A stretch of 64,000 bases of DNA, from positions 1,054,001-1,118,000 of the forward strand of contig JADEYG010000009.1 in assembly GCA_016906335.1 (NCBI GenBank). The letters run 5' to 3'. This document shows, in pieces, positions 11,995 through 23,990 of the stretch. The DNA comes from Novakomyces olei (lineage: Eukaryota). Numbering within the stretch: position 1 is the first letter of the stretch; each line of letters starts with the position of its first letter. The translations under genes and the position numbers were made by a program. The notes under the pieces were generated by a model that ran no database searches, was not told the origin of the DNA, and saw only the letters and a program-made list of their open reading frames with translations.

Positions 11995-12432
11995 ATGCAC
12001 GCTCCCGCAAAAATTGCATATTTTTTGTTCCTTGCGGTCTCGCAGCATGCCTTTACTCTCCATCCTGGATCTCGTGGGTTGGTATCAGCTCTATCGCTTC
12101 CTATAAGCGAGGTCTCCTCCGGAGAATACATTGACATTATCCGTCAGTATGGAGAAAATAGAGGAGGGGAAGGCAAAAAGGGATTTAATTCAGAGCTCCA
12201 TAAGAGAGGAGAGGGAAAAGCTGAGGCCTATGTTAATGCTTCCCAAGCGCTATATTGTCCTGTAATCAACTCAACTATGAACATTATTTTGTTGTTTAAC
12301 GAATGTTCGACGTTCTGCTCCCTTACCTATCTCGAGAATCCAAAGAATAAATCTGTCCCTTATTATCTTAATTGTATGAATGATTTTGTTCTTAAATTAT
12401 CACCGAAACTTGAAAAAAAGAAAGCAGCTTGA
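11995..12432 (+). CDS. Small secreted pre-pro-protein, 4 Cys, candidate effector
   Basis: 145-aa intronless ORF with a hydrophobic N-terminus, LHKR at aa 68-71 and a 74-aa C-terminal part holding 4 Cys. A (TA)n TATA-like element lies at about 11867-11877. Confidence 0.6.
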   Translation: MHAPAKIAYFLFLAVSQHAFTLHPGSRGLVSALSLPISEVSSGEYIDIIRQYGENRGGEGKKGFNSELHKRGEGKAEAYVNASQALYCPVINSTMNIILLFNECSTFCSLTYLENPKNKSVPYYLNCMNDFVLKLSPKLEKKKAA

Positions 12433-13060
12433 CCTCTGCCAAAGACGCGAGAGCAATCGGTAAAATTCCGGTAGCAGACTATACAAGTTAAGAAGATTGC
12501 ATGGACGATAATCAATGGTCTCAATCGAAGATGAATAAAAGGCGAGGATTTACTGCGTGGGAGCGATCAACCTTTAGGGAATGGTCCAAAAGAATGGACC
12601 AGTTTGAGTTTCATCTATTTTATAGTTTTACTTATGCTCCAGAGAACAGTATTAAAGAGCTTGAGTTGGCACTGCTTTGATTTAATATTAGAATACAACT
12701 TTGTCACGATGCTAATCAAGTAAAATCTTCTTTCAATCGATATCAGCAAGAAGAAAGACAGCGCTAGTTTATTGGAGGGTGGAAAATGACTTTTAAACAC
12801 ATACATTAGACTTTTATAGGTTTAACATCGTTTATAATACACTAAGCGTATCGTAGTAGACTGATTACTTATCATCGACTTGTATGAAATGAAAATTTAT
12901 ATGCAAGAAGGCAGATAAGATACTACGAAAACCCTGAAATACAGAGCGCCGCACATTAGAATAACGAAGGACGATTGATACTTAAACTAGTGACAAACCA
13001 AAAATTTTGTCCTGGCCTTCAAAGGTGCAATGGAGAAGGTGCAATGTGCCGTGCGTTGAG

Positions 13061-13152
13061 GCGTCTAATGATGATTTGGTTTTTAAATAAAAGCATAGTT
13101 CACTCTGAACCATCTAAAAATGTGAAGAGAAACACCAGGCCTGAACAGGCGC
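13061..13152 (+). ncRNA. Box C/D snoRNA, snR60/U77/U80-like (LSU GUGAACUAUGC guide)
   Basis: Box C ATGATGA 13068-13074, D' guide GCATAGTTCAC 13093-13103, D' CTGA 13105-13108, C' TGAAGA 13123-13128, D CTGA 13141-13144. Terminal stem is GCGTCT/AGGCGC. Confidence 0.88.
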
Positions 13153-14232
13153 TAACAACGGCGCTTTGAACCATCTCCATTGCACTCTCGGCCTGACAAC
13201 ATGATTGGAAATTTGGTTGTGTCGGCTTTTTTATTGGTTCGAAATGACGGCCTTTTTTTGAGTCAAAGGCTTATCGTCAGAACTAGATTTTTATCCTGGT
13301 TTGGATATGCTTGGCAGTAGCCTGCAATTTTATCTCGTGACTGCGGCGGCCTCCACGGGTGAATCAAAATAGACTGGCGTAATTTTCATATTGACCAGCA
13401 AGCTAGGCTCATATTTGGCCATTACAGTTATAGAATATATAATAGTTTGAATTGACCCTTACGCCAATGAACAAATTGAAAGGACATATTCGTCGACAGG
13501 TTTAACGTTTCTTGATATTTGCCTCGTAGAATACCCATTCATTATTTTCATTATTATTATCATAAAAATATAAATATAGCTAAAAAAGTTGTAATAATTG
13601 CAACAATTGATTAATACATTTCCCACTGTTACATATAAAACTCCAACTCAGCAATAATTGCCGACCAATATAGTGGCAGTGGACTGGCCGACTTTGACGA
13701 CCAAGCCAGGCTTCAACTCGCATCAGCATTTTTCAAATGCTTTGATTTCCAAAAGCTGGAGCAGGTCACTTTAAGTTGTAATAAAGTTTTCGTAGATCCG
13801 ATGTGCCTGTAGATAAATAATCAATCAAGACGCAAAGATATACGCATCAAAAGACCTTTGTTTGCGTGTTAAACCCTCCTTCTAGGCCAGCAGACACCCT
13901 TTCTTTTCCTCCTTTACGTACGGATCATCTTGCCTGCTCGGCCGTCCCCATTTTTGTTCTATCATATAATCACGCGTGTTTTCTGCGTACTCCACAAAAC
14001 TGGAACACGTTAGAAGGGCAAACTATAAAGAAATAAGATAAAAGAATAAAAACAACAACAACAACAACAAAAAAGTCGAATACACACTCTTTATTGGCTT
14101 CAGTCAAAGTCGTTCGCGGCCGTTGAGCCGCTCCATCTTGGAGCTCCATTGACCGCGTCGGCAGCGCGTCTGATATTCTCTCGCTTGCTTTGTTTTTGAT
14201 TACTGTTATTTTTGGGGATTTGTTTATTTACT

Positions 14233-16067
14233 ATGCGCCTCGTACTCACACTGAGCTCGGCCGTCTCAGTTCCTATTGCCGACGTATTAACAGGTATGAT
14301 ACTATTTTTAAAAAGCAAATCATCAAGGTTACGCGTCAAGGCCGTTTAGCTTGCCATCGCTTATTACCACTCTCTATTTTGCTCGTGATTTATCGATTTT
14401 GATCTATGCAGAGCCTGATTAAAAGATTGAAAAGTTAAAAAGTTAATAAATAAAATAAAATTGATTAATGAATGGAAGAATGAGTATGAATTATGAATGA
14501 GCTATTAAAATTGGTTTGCTACTGAATACTAATGACAGGCTCTTCCGATTCTTATGTATTGGCTCGCGTCAAGCAAAATACTGCGAATGGCGTCGAGACT
14601 GTTTCTATGCGCACTGCAACTGCTCATCGTAATACAGATCCAGTTTGGAACCAAACTTGGGAAATTGGTGGAGTTCACACTGACTGCCTGATTGAGTTTG
14701 ATCTTTACGATGAAGACTCAAACAAACAAAATGACGATTTTCTCGGTCGATGTCGCGTAAAGCTGACGTATAATCGTGTATGCCCTGTTTGTGTCCATTC
14801 ATTCATTTATTCATTCATTCGTGCCATTTTTATTCATTGTTACGGCTAAAAACGTTGGAATTGCTACAAGGTTATGCACGTGATACTAAACGTACAGATA
14901 CAAAAGATCAAAGCAGCGCCACTAATGATTGAGCGCAAAGTAAACCCTCACCGGTTAGGGACACCAGTCCGTGTAAAATTGATAAATTTTGTCGTCAGTC
15001 TACTATCAAAACGATCAACTAGTGCTCGACTGAGAGCAGAATTGAAGCTTGAGCCTGAGGATAAAGACGATCTGGGCTACTTGCGAGTTATTTCACCCGT
15101 AGCTTATATTGTCAATTATTCCCCATTGGTTGGCCGGCTGGCGTTAAAAGATACAAAGAAGGAGGAGCAAAAAGAAGAATCTAAAATCAATTCCAACAAA
15201 GAAGATGCCAAAGAAAAGTTGGCAAAAGAAACCGTATTCACTTCTTACCAGATTGCGCTTTTGCAGCCGCTTCTCGATGTGGAGGAAATGCACTTTACCG
15301 GTAATCCACGGCACTCTGTAGTGCATCGTCGCTCTCTCAAAGGTTTCATCTTTAAAAAGGCCGTAAAAAAACAGTACAACGTCATTTATGGGCACAACAA
15401 AAACACGCTGTACGGCTTTTGGGAGCCTCAAAATGCCGGTGAAGGTCTAGTATCTATTCTCGCCCAAGATCCCGATGAAAAGGTGTACACGTACGTCGTC
15501 CTCCGTAGTGGCGAGTGGCGTTTCACAGAAACTGGTCCAACATTTTCCATCAATTACTTGAGCAAGCACTCTATGCACGCGGATGGAGCAAGCGAGGTTT
15601 ATTTTGCAGGCGAAATGTTTTTTATGAAAACCAAAACTATGCTGAAATACGAGCACAAGCTTAAAAACATTGATTTGGAGGCATGGACAGCACAGCGAGA
15701 GAAAGAGGGTCAGTCTGAGAGCGAGCATTACAGGAACATCTTGGAGGAATTGGAAAAAGTTGATGGGCCAGTGGAAGAGTCGAGTGACATCGCTTCCGAG
15801 CTTGAAACTTTACCCGAATGGTCGCTTATTATGGACAATGATTCTGGGACATATTCGCCAGCAAACGATCGACTTCCAACGCTGGAGCAATACATGCAGG
15901 CCAATCTGCCAGATATTAATATCGTGACGGGCTCTGTGAAAAGTGTGAGGATCAAACTTTTGAAACAAGCGAGATGGCAAGCGCGCGCAAGTACAGGAGA
16001 ACACTTTGCTCTTGTGAGCAGCAGCAGCAGCAGCGGAAGTACTGCTAGCACCAGCAGCCTTATTTGA
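14233..16067 (+). CDS. C2-domain-containing protein (fungal family with C-terminal HSMHAD...AGE / DNDSGTY motifs)
   Basis: ATG at 14233; introns 14294-14538 and 14778-14897. The spliced N-terminus reads VPIADVLTGSSDSYV...TDPVWNQTW...LYDED...DDFLG, a C2 signature. Confidence 0.85.
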
Positions 16068-16842
16068 TTGATACCCTAAATGTCGGAATTAACGTATTAT
16101 GGACATGTTGTTATTCAAACTGGAGATTTTGGTGTTTGTTTAATGTTTGCACTATTTATTGTACTTTTTTTCCTTATTTAGAATGCGTACTATGTCTGTT
16201 TATATTTACAATTACATTTATAATTACAAATATCTAGCTTATTATAGCTGGTTTGCTTGTTTCGGTTTCCATACATCTTTTTTGATGGGAATGAAAGCGG
16301 CAATTACTGTCAGGCGCACCATAATACTTTTTCATCACTTTGTGAACATCGTTAGATTTGTTGCAGATGCCAGCTTGAAAGGGCGATGATAACACTAGAG
16401 ATTGAAGTTGAAACGCAAATAAACAAAAATGCTGCCGGTTTAGCGAGCACGCGTTGGTACTGTATTCTAAAAGAATAAACATGTGCGGAACAACAAGCAG
16501 AAAAAGTCTTCCCAAGACCGATTCTGTGGTCGGCTTTACAATAAAATATGAAGTAGTCCGGCGTGGTAAATGATCCCTCGAGGCTGCACGCCCGAGGCTG
16601 CACGCCCGAGGCTGTAAATTTGAGATAAATTTGCGTTCGATTATTGCTCTTTATTGGAAGACGGTGTACAGTTAGTTGAACAAATAATAAAATACATTTT
16701 TTGTCATTTACGTGCTGTCAAAAATCCAGTTTATATATAAATTATTGTAATTTGATTGGAAAATGTTCGTTTGGATGAACCTTGGAATTAGACACTCATA
16801 AAAGCTTCAGCTTAATCTCCCAAAGACATGGTGCGGCCATTC

Positions 16843-16877
<35 letters not shown>

Positions 16878-16993
16878 ATGTATTATCGAACATCCAATAG
16901 AGCTAAAGTTGGGAATAGGCACGTAAGCCAGATGTATCTGATCAGGAATGCAAGCAAAGGATCCCATGAGGGATAAGATTCATAGTTCAACTT

Positions 16994-16996
16994 TAA

Positions 16997-17039
<43 letters not shown>

Positions 17040-17106
17040 ATGAATAAATAAATAAATTAATAAATTAATAAATAATTAGCCAATTAATTAATTAATTAAT
17101 TAATAA
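16994..17106. repeat. (TAAA)n microsatellite; nearby (TA)n at 16847-16874 and a 14-nt GAGGCTGCACGCCC repeat at about 16580-16615
   Basis: Directly visible tandem runs in the promoter region of the GH63-like gene. Confidence 0.95.
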
Positions 17107-17305
17107 TCTAAATATATATTCGGCAAGACTCGAGAAAGGTTCCCCGTTTGGACACTTTACCGTTATCATACTTGAAAATCGGCTGATAGTCGCGTACGTC
17201 ACCGGATAAGCTGTATATAATAGAGGCGACCATAGCGGAAGAGACGAGTGCCTTACCCGAATTTTGGCCAATCAATTGCAGCGCAAAACAAGTGCTGAAT
17301 CGGCA

Positions 17306-20300
17306 ATGGTGTTGCACGATGGTGCGTCGTACGCGACTGTTGAGGAGGAGCGTTTGACGGAAGACAAACGGCATAAAAAAGTACGTTCCTTGTCTCGAAG
17401 GTGAGATTTCGTGGTTGTGGTCTAACAATGAACAGTATTGGAAACGTATGGATCTGGCACTTTTTGTCCATTGCTAACCACACTTTTCCGCGCGGTTTAG
17501 GCTGGGGACCGTACTTGAGCGAACGGCAATGGGTAAGTCTTGATTATGAGGCTGCAGCTAATGCCACAGGGAAACGTTAGAGAGGATTATTCGTAAGTTG
17601 CCTGTCTGCGTCTGTCAAGCTGGGCTCTTGTGGCAACTGTGCTTTGGCTTTAGTCGTGATCCGTCGTTATTACTCGTGCCGAGTTTATTGTTATTTTCGT
17701 GTCGCTGCCGTGCATATACTCTATAAACTCTGCCACTCTGCCTTTTTTTTTTGCACTGCCTCATTATTTTACTAGACATCTTTGATCCTTTGTTTATGCT
17801 TTGGCAGTTTATGCTTTGGCAGTTATCCTTTTTCAGTTTATCCTTTGACTGATTTTCGTCTACTCTTTTGCGATTTACACATATTACCTGCCGCTACATT
17901 TACTGAGCCTGGCGTAGTGGGAACGGTGATGCGTGGTCGAGCTTTAGCTACGATGATTCGCGTGCACGTGCGTTTCGCTGGGGCGAAGACGGTATCGGCG
18001 GCTTGTCCGATAACCATCAGTACATGTGTCTGAGCTTTGCGTTTTGGAACGAAAAAGACCCCTACTTGAAGGAACGATTCTTCGGGTTGAGTGGCCATGA
18101 GGGCAATCACGGCGAGGACGTGAAAGAAGTGTACCACTACCTCGACAACACGCCCTCACATTCTTATATGAAAATGCTGTACAAATACCCTCAGCGCGAG
18201 TTTCCCTACGAAGAACTGCGCCGCGTCAATGGCGAATTGGGCCGGGACAAGCCAGAGTACGAGATTTATTCTACTGGCGCCTTTGAGGAGAACCGTTACT
18301 GGGACATTTTCATAGAGTACGGGAAAGATGCGGACAATGCTGAGGAGATTACTATACGTATAACTGCGTACAATCGCGGGCCAGAGCCCGCTTCGCTGCA
18401 CATTATTCCACAGCTGCTTTTCCGCAACGACTGGGTCTGGGGCTACTCTCAACACGAGAAACCCATCGTGGAAAAATCGGAGGGAGAAAACGTTGTGCAT
18501 GCAAAGCACTGGAAACTGGGGGACAGGTACCTTTACTGTCCAGCTGCACCTTCGCCTGAAGCTGGAGAGGGCGATGAGGAAGTTACGCCTACATTTTTGT
18601 TTACAGACAATGATACAAACAAGTCGGTGCTTTACGGGCAAAAGAACGAGAGCAAGTACTGCAAGGACGCTTTCCACCGTCATATAGTAAACAGGAGTGT
18701 CTCAAAGGTTGGTGCCGAGGAAAAACAACATAAAGATAAAGCTCAAGAAGGCAAAGAAGGCAAAGACAAAAAAGAAGAAGGCGTTAAAGAAGAGCCTGCA
18801 GAGGAAGAAGTTACAGTCAATCCAGAGCAGACGGGCACTAAATCTGCAGCCTGGTACAATTTTCAGAATGTTCCAGCGGGCGAGTGTGCAGTTGTAAGGC
18901 TGCGGTTCACTAATCGCCATGAATCTGAGGATTTAGACGACGAAGCAGCAGATCGGATTATCGAAGAGCGTAGTCAAGATGCTGACGAGTTCTATGCAAA
19001 TTTGTCTCCCATGCCAATGACAGATGATCTGCGTAATATTCAGCGCCAGGCGTTTTCCGGGATGCTTTGGAATAAGCAGTTTTATTATTTTGTTTGGTCA
19101 GAATGGGCAGAAGGTGACCCTACTCAGCCTGCACCGCCTCCAGAGCGCCGCGGGCTTCGTAACAGTGCCTGGAAGAACCTATATATAGATGATGTGCTGA
19201 GTATGCCAGACAAGTGGGAGTACCCGTACTTTTGTATCTGGGACACTGCCTTCCACTGTATCCCTCTGGCCATGCTGGACCCGGAGTTTGCTAAAAAGCA
19301 GCTCGACCGGATGACGCGTGAGTGGTACATGCACCCTAACGGCCAATTGCCAGCCTACGAATGGAATTTTAGCGATGTCAACCCGCCTGTTCATGCCTGG
19401 GCGACGTTTAGGGTGTTTAAAATAGAACGTAAACTGTACGGCGTGCAAGATTTGGACTTTTTGGAACGGGTTTTCCAAAAGCTACTTTTGAATTTCACCT
19501 GGTGGGTCAACCGCAAAGACGAAACTGGCCGTAACATCTTTGAAGGCGGGTTCCTGGGCCTCGATAACATTGGCCTCTTTAACCGCTCTGAGCCGCTACC
19601 GACAGGGGGTACGCTGGTGCAGGCAGACGCTACCAGCTGGATGGCCTTTTACTGTCTCAACATGCTGAATATTGCCCTGGAACTGTCCAAGCACCGGCAC
19701 GTTTACGAGGATATTGCCAGCAAGTTTTTCGAGCATTTCTTGCTCATTTCTGACGCAATGGTGTGGCGGAAGACTGGTGACGATGAGGAAGAGCTTTCAC
19801 TGTGGAACGACGAAGACGGGTTTTATTACGATGCGATTTCATGGGGAGGCCCCTTTAGCCAGCAGCTGCGGGTGAGATCACTCGTGGGCCTTATCCCCCT
19901 CTATGCAGTGCTGACAATTGAGCCCGAGGTGATTGAGAAGAACAAGTCGTTTTCCAAGCGGCTGCAATGGTTCATTGAGAACAGGAAGGATGTAGCTGAA
20001 CGCAATATTGCCAGTATAAAATCAAGGGGCAGTGGCCGCAGGCTGCTGCTCTCGCTCGTGAACAAGGACAGACTGATTCGCACACTGGAACGGATGCTGG
20101 ACGAGAGCGAGTTCCTCTCTGACTTTGGAATAAGGTCACTTTCACGTTACCACGAGAAACATCCAGTGTCTATGGAGGTCAATGGCCAAGAGTACAGTGT
20201 GGAATACGTTCCCGGGGACTCCCGCAGTGGAATGTTTGGCGGCAATTCGAACTGGCGAGGTCCTATCTGGCTGGCCACCAACTTTTTGCTTGTAGAGAGT

Positions 20301-20912
20301 CTGCAGCGCTTCTACATGTACTATGGAGACTCCCTTAAAGTAGAATGCCCCACTGGCTCAGGAGTGCGTATGCATCTGGGCAAAGTAGCCGAGATTATTC
20401 AGCACCGTCTGATTCATATATTCGCCATAAACGACGACGGGTGCCGTCCCTGTAACGGTGGTGTAGAGCTGCTCGATCGTGATCCCTATTTCGTGGACAA
20501 TGTAGTGTTCAACGAGTACTTTCACGCTGACACTGGCCGGGGACTGGGCGCCAGCCATCAAATGGGCTGGACTGGGCTAGTGGCAAAGTTTATACAGGAC
20601 ACCAGCATCGACTACCAGCTGGCCAAAACGCCAGCAACGCCTTCGACTACTGCCGCTCATTATTTTGATGAAGTATTCACCAAAATGTCCCGCAGGCACC
20701 GTCGCCGGGGCACAGGCAGATCTTCGCTTGATAGTGCACCTGCTACCGGCGACGAGGAGGATCGGGCGTCTACAAGGACCGAGGACGACGACCAGCAGTC
20801 GCTGATTAATTCTGTAGCCAGAAGGCTGCAGCGGATGCGGTCAACCGAGTATGCCGGGCCGGACTTGGACGAGTTGCGCAGCGATTTCGAAGGAGGGATT
20901 GACAATCCTTGA
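17306..20912 (+). CDS. GH63/MGH1-like glycoside hydrolase (YMR196W-like)
   Basis: Exons 17306-17380, 17436-17445, 17501-17532, 17570-17592 and 17918-20912 give [22 protein letters not shown]. Later motifs include EGNHGEDVKE, SMPDKWEYP, FGGNSNWRGPIW and GLGASHQMGWTG. Confidence 0.92.
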
Positions 20913-21046
20913 TTTAGACTGTACACTGCCTTTGTTTCTAATATAATAAAATGATTAAAATGAAATTAATTCGACCCGAAATTAACATTGTATTAATTAT
21001 ATAGAGCTAACTCGAGATAGGATATCAATCAAGTTAAATCGCATTA

Positions 21047-21183
21047 AATAAAATAAATAAAATAAATAAAATAAATAAAATAAATAAAATAAATAAAATA
21101 AATAAAATAAATAAAATAAATAAAATAAATAAATAAAATAAATAAAATAAATAAAATAAATAAAATAAATAAAATAAATAAAA
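21047..21183. repeat. (TAAATAAAA)n 9-mer tandem repeat
   Basis: Perfect 9-nt periodicity. Confidence 0.95.
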
Positions 21184-21432
21184 TGCTATACAATTCTATA
21201 CAATTCTATAATAAACTACATAATAAGGAGATGATAATGAAAAATATAGAATAAAGATAATACAATTTTAAAATAGGTATAATTGTACTATCATTATATT
21301 TTTAATTTAACATATTATGAGCGATGATAGAGTATTTTCATTATCATAAGCTCCATCCATATTCAAATAGAATATAAAATATTTAATTCTTTCATCAATC
21401 ATGTCTGACTGCCATTAATCGATTCGCCAAAC

Positions 21433-21774
21433 ATGAGCACGCAAGAGGCCAAGAGACTTTATAAAAAACTGCATTCAAAGCCTCAATCCAAAACTGGAGC
21501 TGAATCAGCGAGTGGAAAAATCTCAAAAACAGCTCCCCAGAAATACGGCAAAGCCGATCTTTTTTCCGGACTCAAGACCGACAAGGGAAGCGTTCGTGGA
21601 GGCAAACGACGAGCAGGAAAAGCCGAACTCGTCTCACAGATCGATGAGTTGTATGCAGAGTGCAATGATGCCACGTTAAAATACCATTTACACAATCAAA
21701 AAGTACGGGAACAAAAGCGACAGGATATGGGGACTGATCTGGAAGCTGTTGTGAATTCTATCGGACTTGATTAA
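21433..21774 (+). CDS. Small basic hypothetical protein (113 aa)
   Basis: ATG in AAAC context, intronless, higher GC than its flanks, Lys-rich with a helical acidic tail. I do not recognise the family. Confidence 0.7.
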   Translation: MSTQEAKRLYKKLHSKPQSKTGAESASGKISKTAPQKYGKADLFSGLKTDKGSVRGGKRRAGKAELVSQIDELYAECNDATLKYHLHNQKVREQKRQDMGTDLEAVVNSIGLD

Positions 21775-22250
21775 CGCTGGAAAGCTGCATTGCACTTTAC
21801 CTGGTAGAATTAGTCTACTAGATTTTGCAAGTTCTGTACGATTTGCATGATTTTTAGAGTTGGCGTCATGTATTATACTTGAGCTAGAAGCCGGTAAAAA
21901 TGGCGTATACCGAGTGCTAGGCACCTGTTTATATTACGTGTGCATCGGCCTCGTGGCACTTGGCCGCCACTAGACAGGCAAAAAGATCAAGGGTCAGGTA
22001 CGATAGGAGGCGAGCCTTGTTCCATGCTTCACGGCAGTAGCGCGACGAGAAAGAAAGTGGCGCTTTCCCTTGTCGCAGCAGGCTAATACTGGGATAAACA
22101 TGCGAGGTTGAAGCTACGATGTTTCTAGTTTCGCGTTAGAACTAAAAACTATAGGATTATGATCTATTGACTGACCGCACTGATGCTCAAAGCGTCCTTG
22201 AATCATTGTGGTCAATCGACGACATTAGATTAGATCTTAGATATAATAAT

Positions 22251-22283
22251 AAACCCTAACAAACCCTAGGTTTATTAACCCTA
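22251..22283. promoter_or_regulatory. Triple AACCCTA telobox-like element upstream of SER2
   Basis: AAACCCTAAC, AAACCCTA and TAACCCTA lie about 85-120 bp before the ATG at 22369. Confidence 0.6.
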
Positions 22284-22368
22284 TCTAGCGCTCATGAAAA
22301 GTTTATAAAAATTGAACGTAGATTAGCAACAGTCTACTAGCAGGGCCAAAGCAGCAGCGACAGGGTCA

Positions 22369-23348
22369 ATGGGAGAGTATGTTTTCATTACCAATGGCGT
22401 CACCAAAGAAAGTCTGGTGCCAGCTTTACCCGCGCAATCTTCTTTTCGATTGCTTGAAGATCAACTGCCGATTATAGAGGCAATAGTGCAATTAGACAAT
22501 GAAGAATCTTTAGAGGCAACGCGACACGCGCTGGCCAAATTGCAGGGTGGCATTGATCCTCAGCTTGTCAAGTATCAGACTCTGAAAACTTACCGGTCTC
22601 AGAAACGACTGGCTGTATTTGATATGGACTCGACTTTGATTGAGCAGGAGGTAATTGACGAAATCGCTGCACAAGTTGGGGTTAAAAGCCAAGTAGCCGC
22701 GATTACAGAGCAGGCTATGAATGGCGAGATCGATTTTGCTCAATCGTTCAGGCGCCGGGTCGCTTTATTAAAAGGTTTAAGCGCCGATGTCTTTGAAGTA
22801 GTCAGGCCACGACTGTCCTTTACAAAGGGAGCTCACGAGCTTTGCCGTGCGCTTAAAAGGGAGGGATTTTACCTGGCTGTTGTATCCGGCGGGTTCCTTC
22901 CTTTAGCAAACTATGTAAAACGCGAATTGGGCTTGGATGAAGCACATGCGAATCAGGTATGAGTTTGATACTGAATCTGGGATTAGAAATTTTTTTATAG
23001 TATATTTTATAGTATTTTGCAAACCAGTCTTGCTAATTCCAGCTCGAAATAGTCGATGGCCGCATTACCGGCGAGGTAAAGGGGGACATTGTGAATGGAG
23101 AAGCGAAACGCGATCTTTTGCTGCAGATGGCAGACCGTTTAGGAATTGACGCGAAATTACAAGCAATGGCAGTCGGCGACGGAGCTAACGATCTTCCCAT
23201 GATGGGAGAAGTCGCTCTTGGAGTCGCATGGAACGCGAAACCAAGGGTTCAGCAGCTCGCGCCTAACCGGTACAATGGCGAGAGTCTAGTTGGCATATTG
23301 TACCTGCTGGGGTACGATGCCGAGTCTGCCAAAAAGCTTTACTCATAA
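22369..23348 (+). CDS. SER2: Phosphoserine phosphatase (HAD family)
   Basis: Motifs VFDMDSTLIEQEVIDE, VVSGGF and AVGDGANDLPM; intron 22957-23042. Confidence 0.95.
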
Positions 23349-23599
23349 GCGTGCGGTAGACGTGTATCCATGTATTTTAATAGATTTATTGGTGTTTCTC
23401 ATAATGAGCCAAATTATCATGGAGTACAATAGACGAATGCAAAGTTGCAGCTACCGCTGTTTAGTTTTGTGGTCACGGGCGGCCAGAGTACTGCATTGAT
23501 CGTTTGTTTTACGGATAACGCAAGACCGAGACTATATTGGATTGTAACTCAGTGCTTCTTGATGCAAAGAATTTATAAAAGGCCCCAAGAGTAATTTTG

Positions 23600-23880
23600 T
23601 ATAATATAATATAATATAATATAATATAATATAATATAATATAATATAATATAATATAATATAATATAATATAATATAATATAATATAATATAATATAAT
23701 ATAATATAATATAATATAATATAATATAATATAATATAATATAATATAATATAATATAATATAATATAATATAATATAATATAATATAATATAATATAAT
23801 ATAATATAATATAATATAATATAATATAATATAATATAATATAATATAATATAATATAATATAATATAATATAATATAAT
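23600..23880. repeat. (ATAAT)n pentanucleotide microsatellite, about 280 bp
   Basis: Perfect pentamer run; it produces the spurious (YYIIL)n ORF. Confidence 0.97.
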
Positions 23881-23990
23881 CATCAATTATTTATTCAATA
23901 ATAAATAAAAAAAATGACATTTTCTCGTGTAGGGCAGCATAATATTTTTTAACCTTTGCAAAGGACAAGTTTTATACCCGTACGGCCCGT

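Noticed and set aside
22186..22225. Minus-strand ORF MSSIDHNDSRTL ending CTT-TGA, suggesting a +1 frameshift, antizyme or selenocysteine read-through
   Set aside because: The downstream frames are too short and lack antizyme or redox motifs, and no SECIS is evident.
22251..22283. Possible telomerase RNA template
   Set aside because: The CCCTAA copies sit just before SER2 with no room for a long RNA, and I see no pseudoknot or CR4/5 elements. A promoter motif fits better.
23509..23886. (YYIIL)n ORF; similarly the poly-Y/L/I ORF 39129-39653 and the (YLFI)n ORFs 42233-42659 and 61999-62280
   Set aside because: These are translations of microsatellites, two of them intronic.
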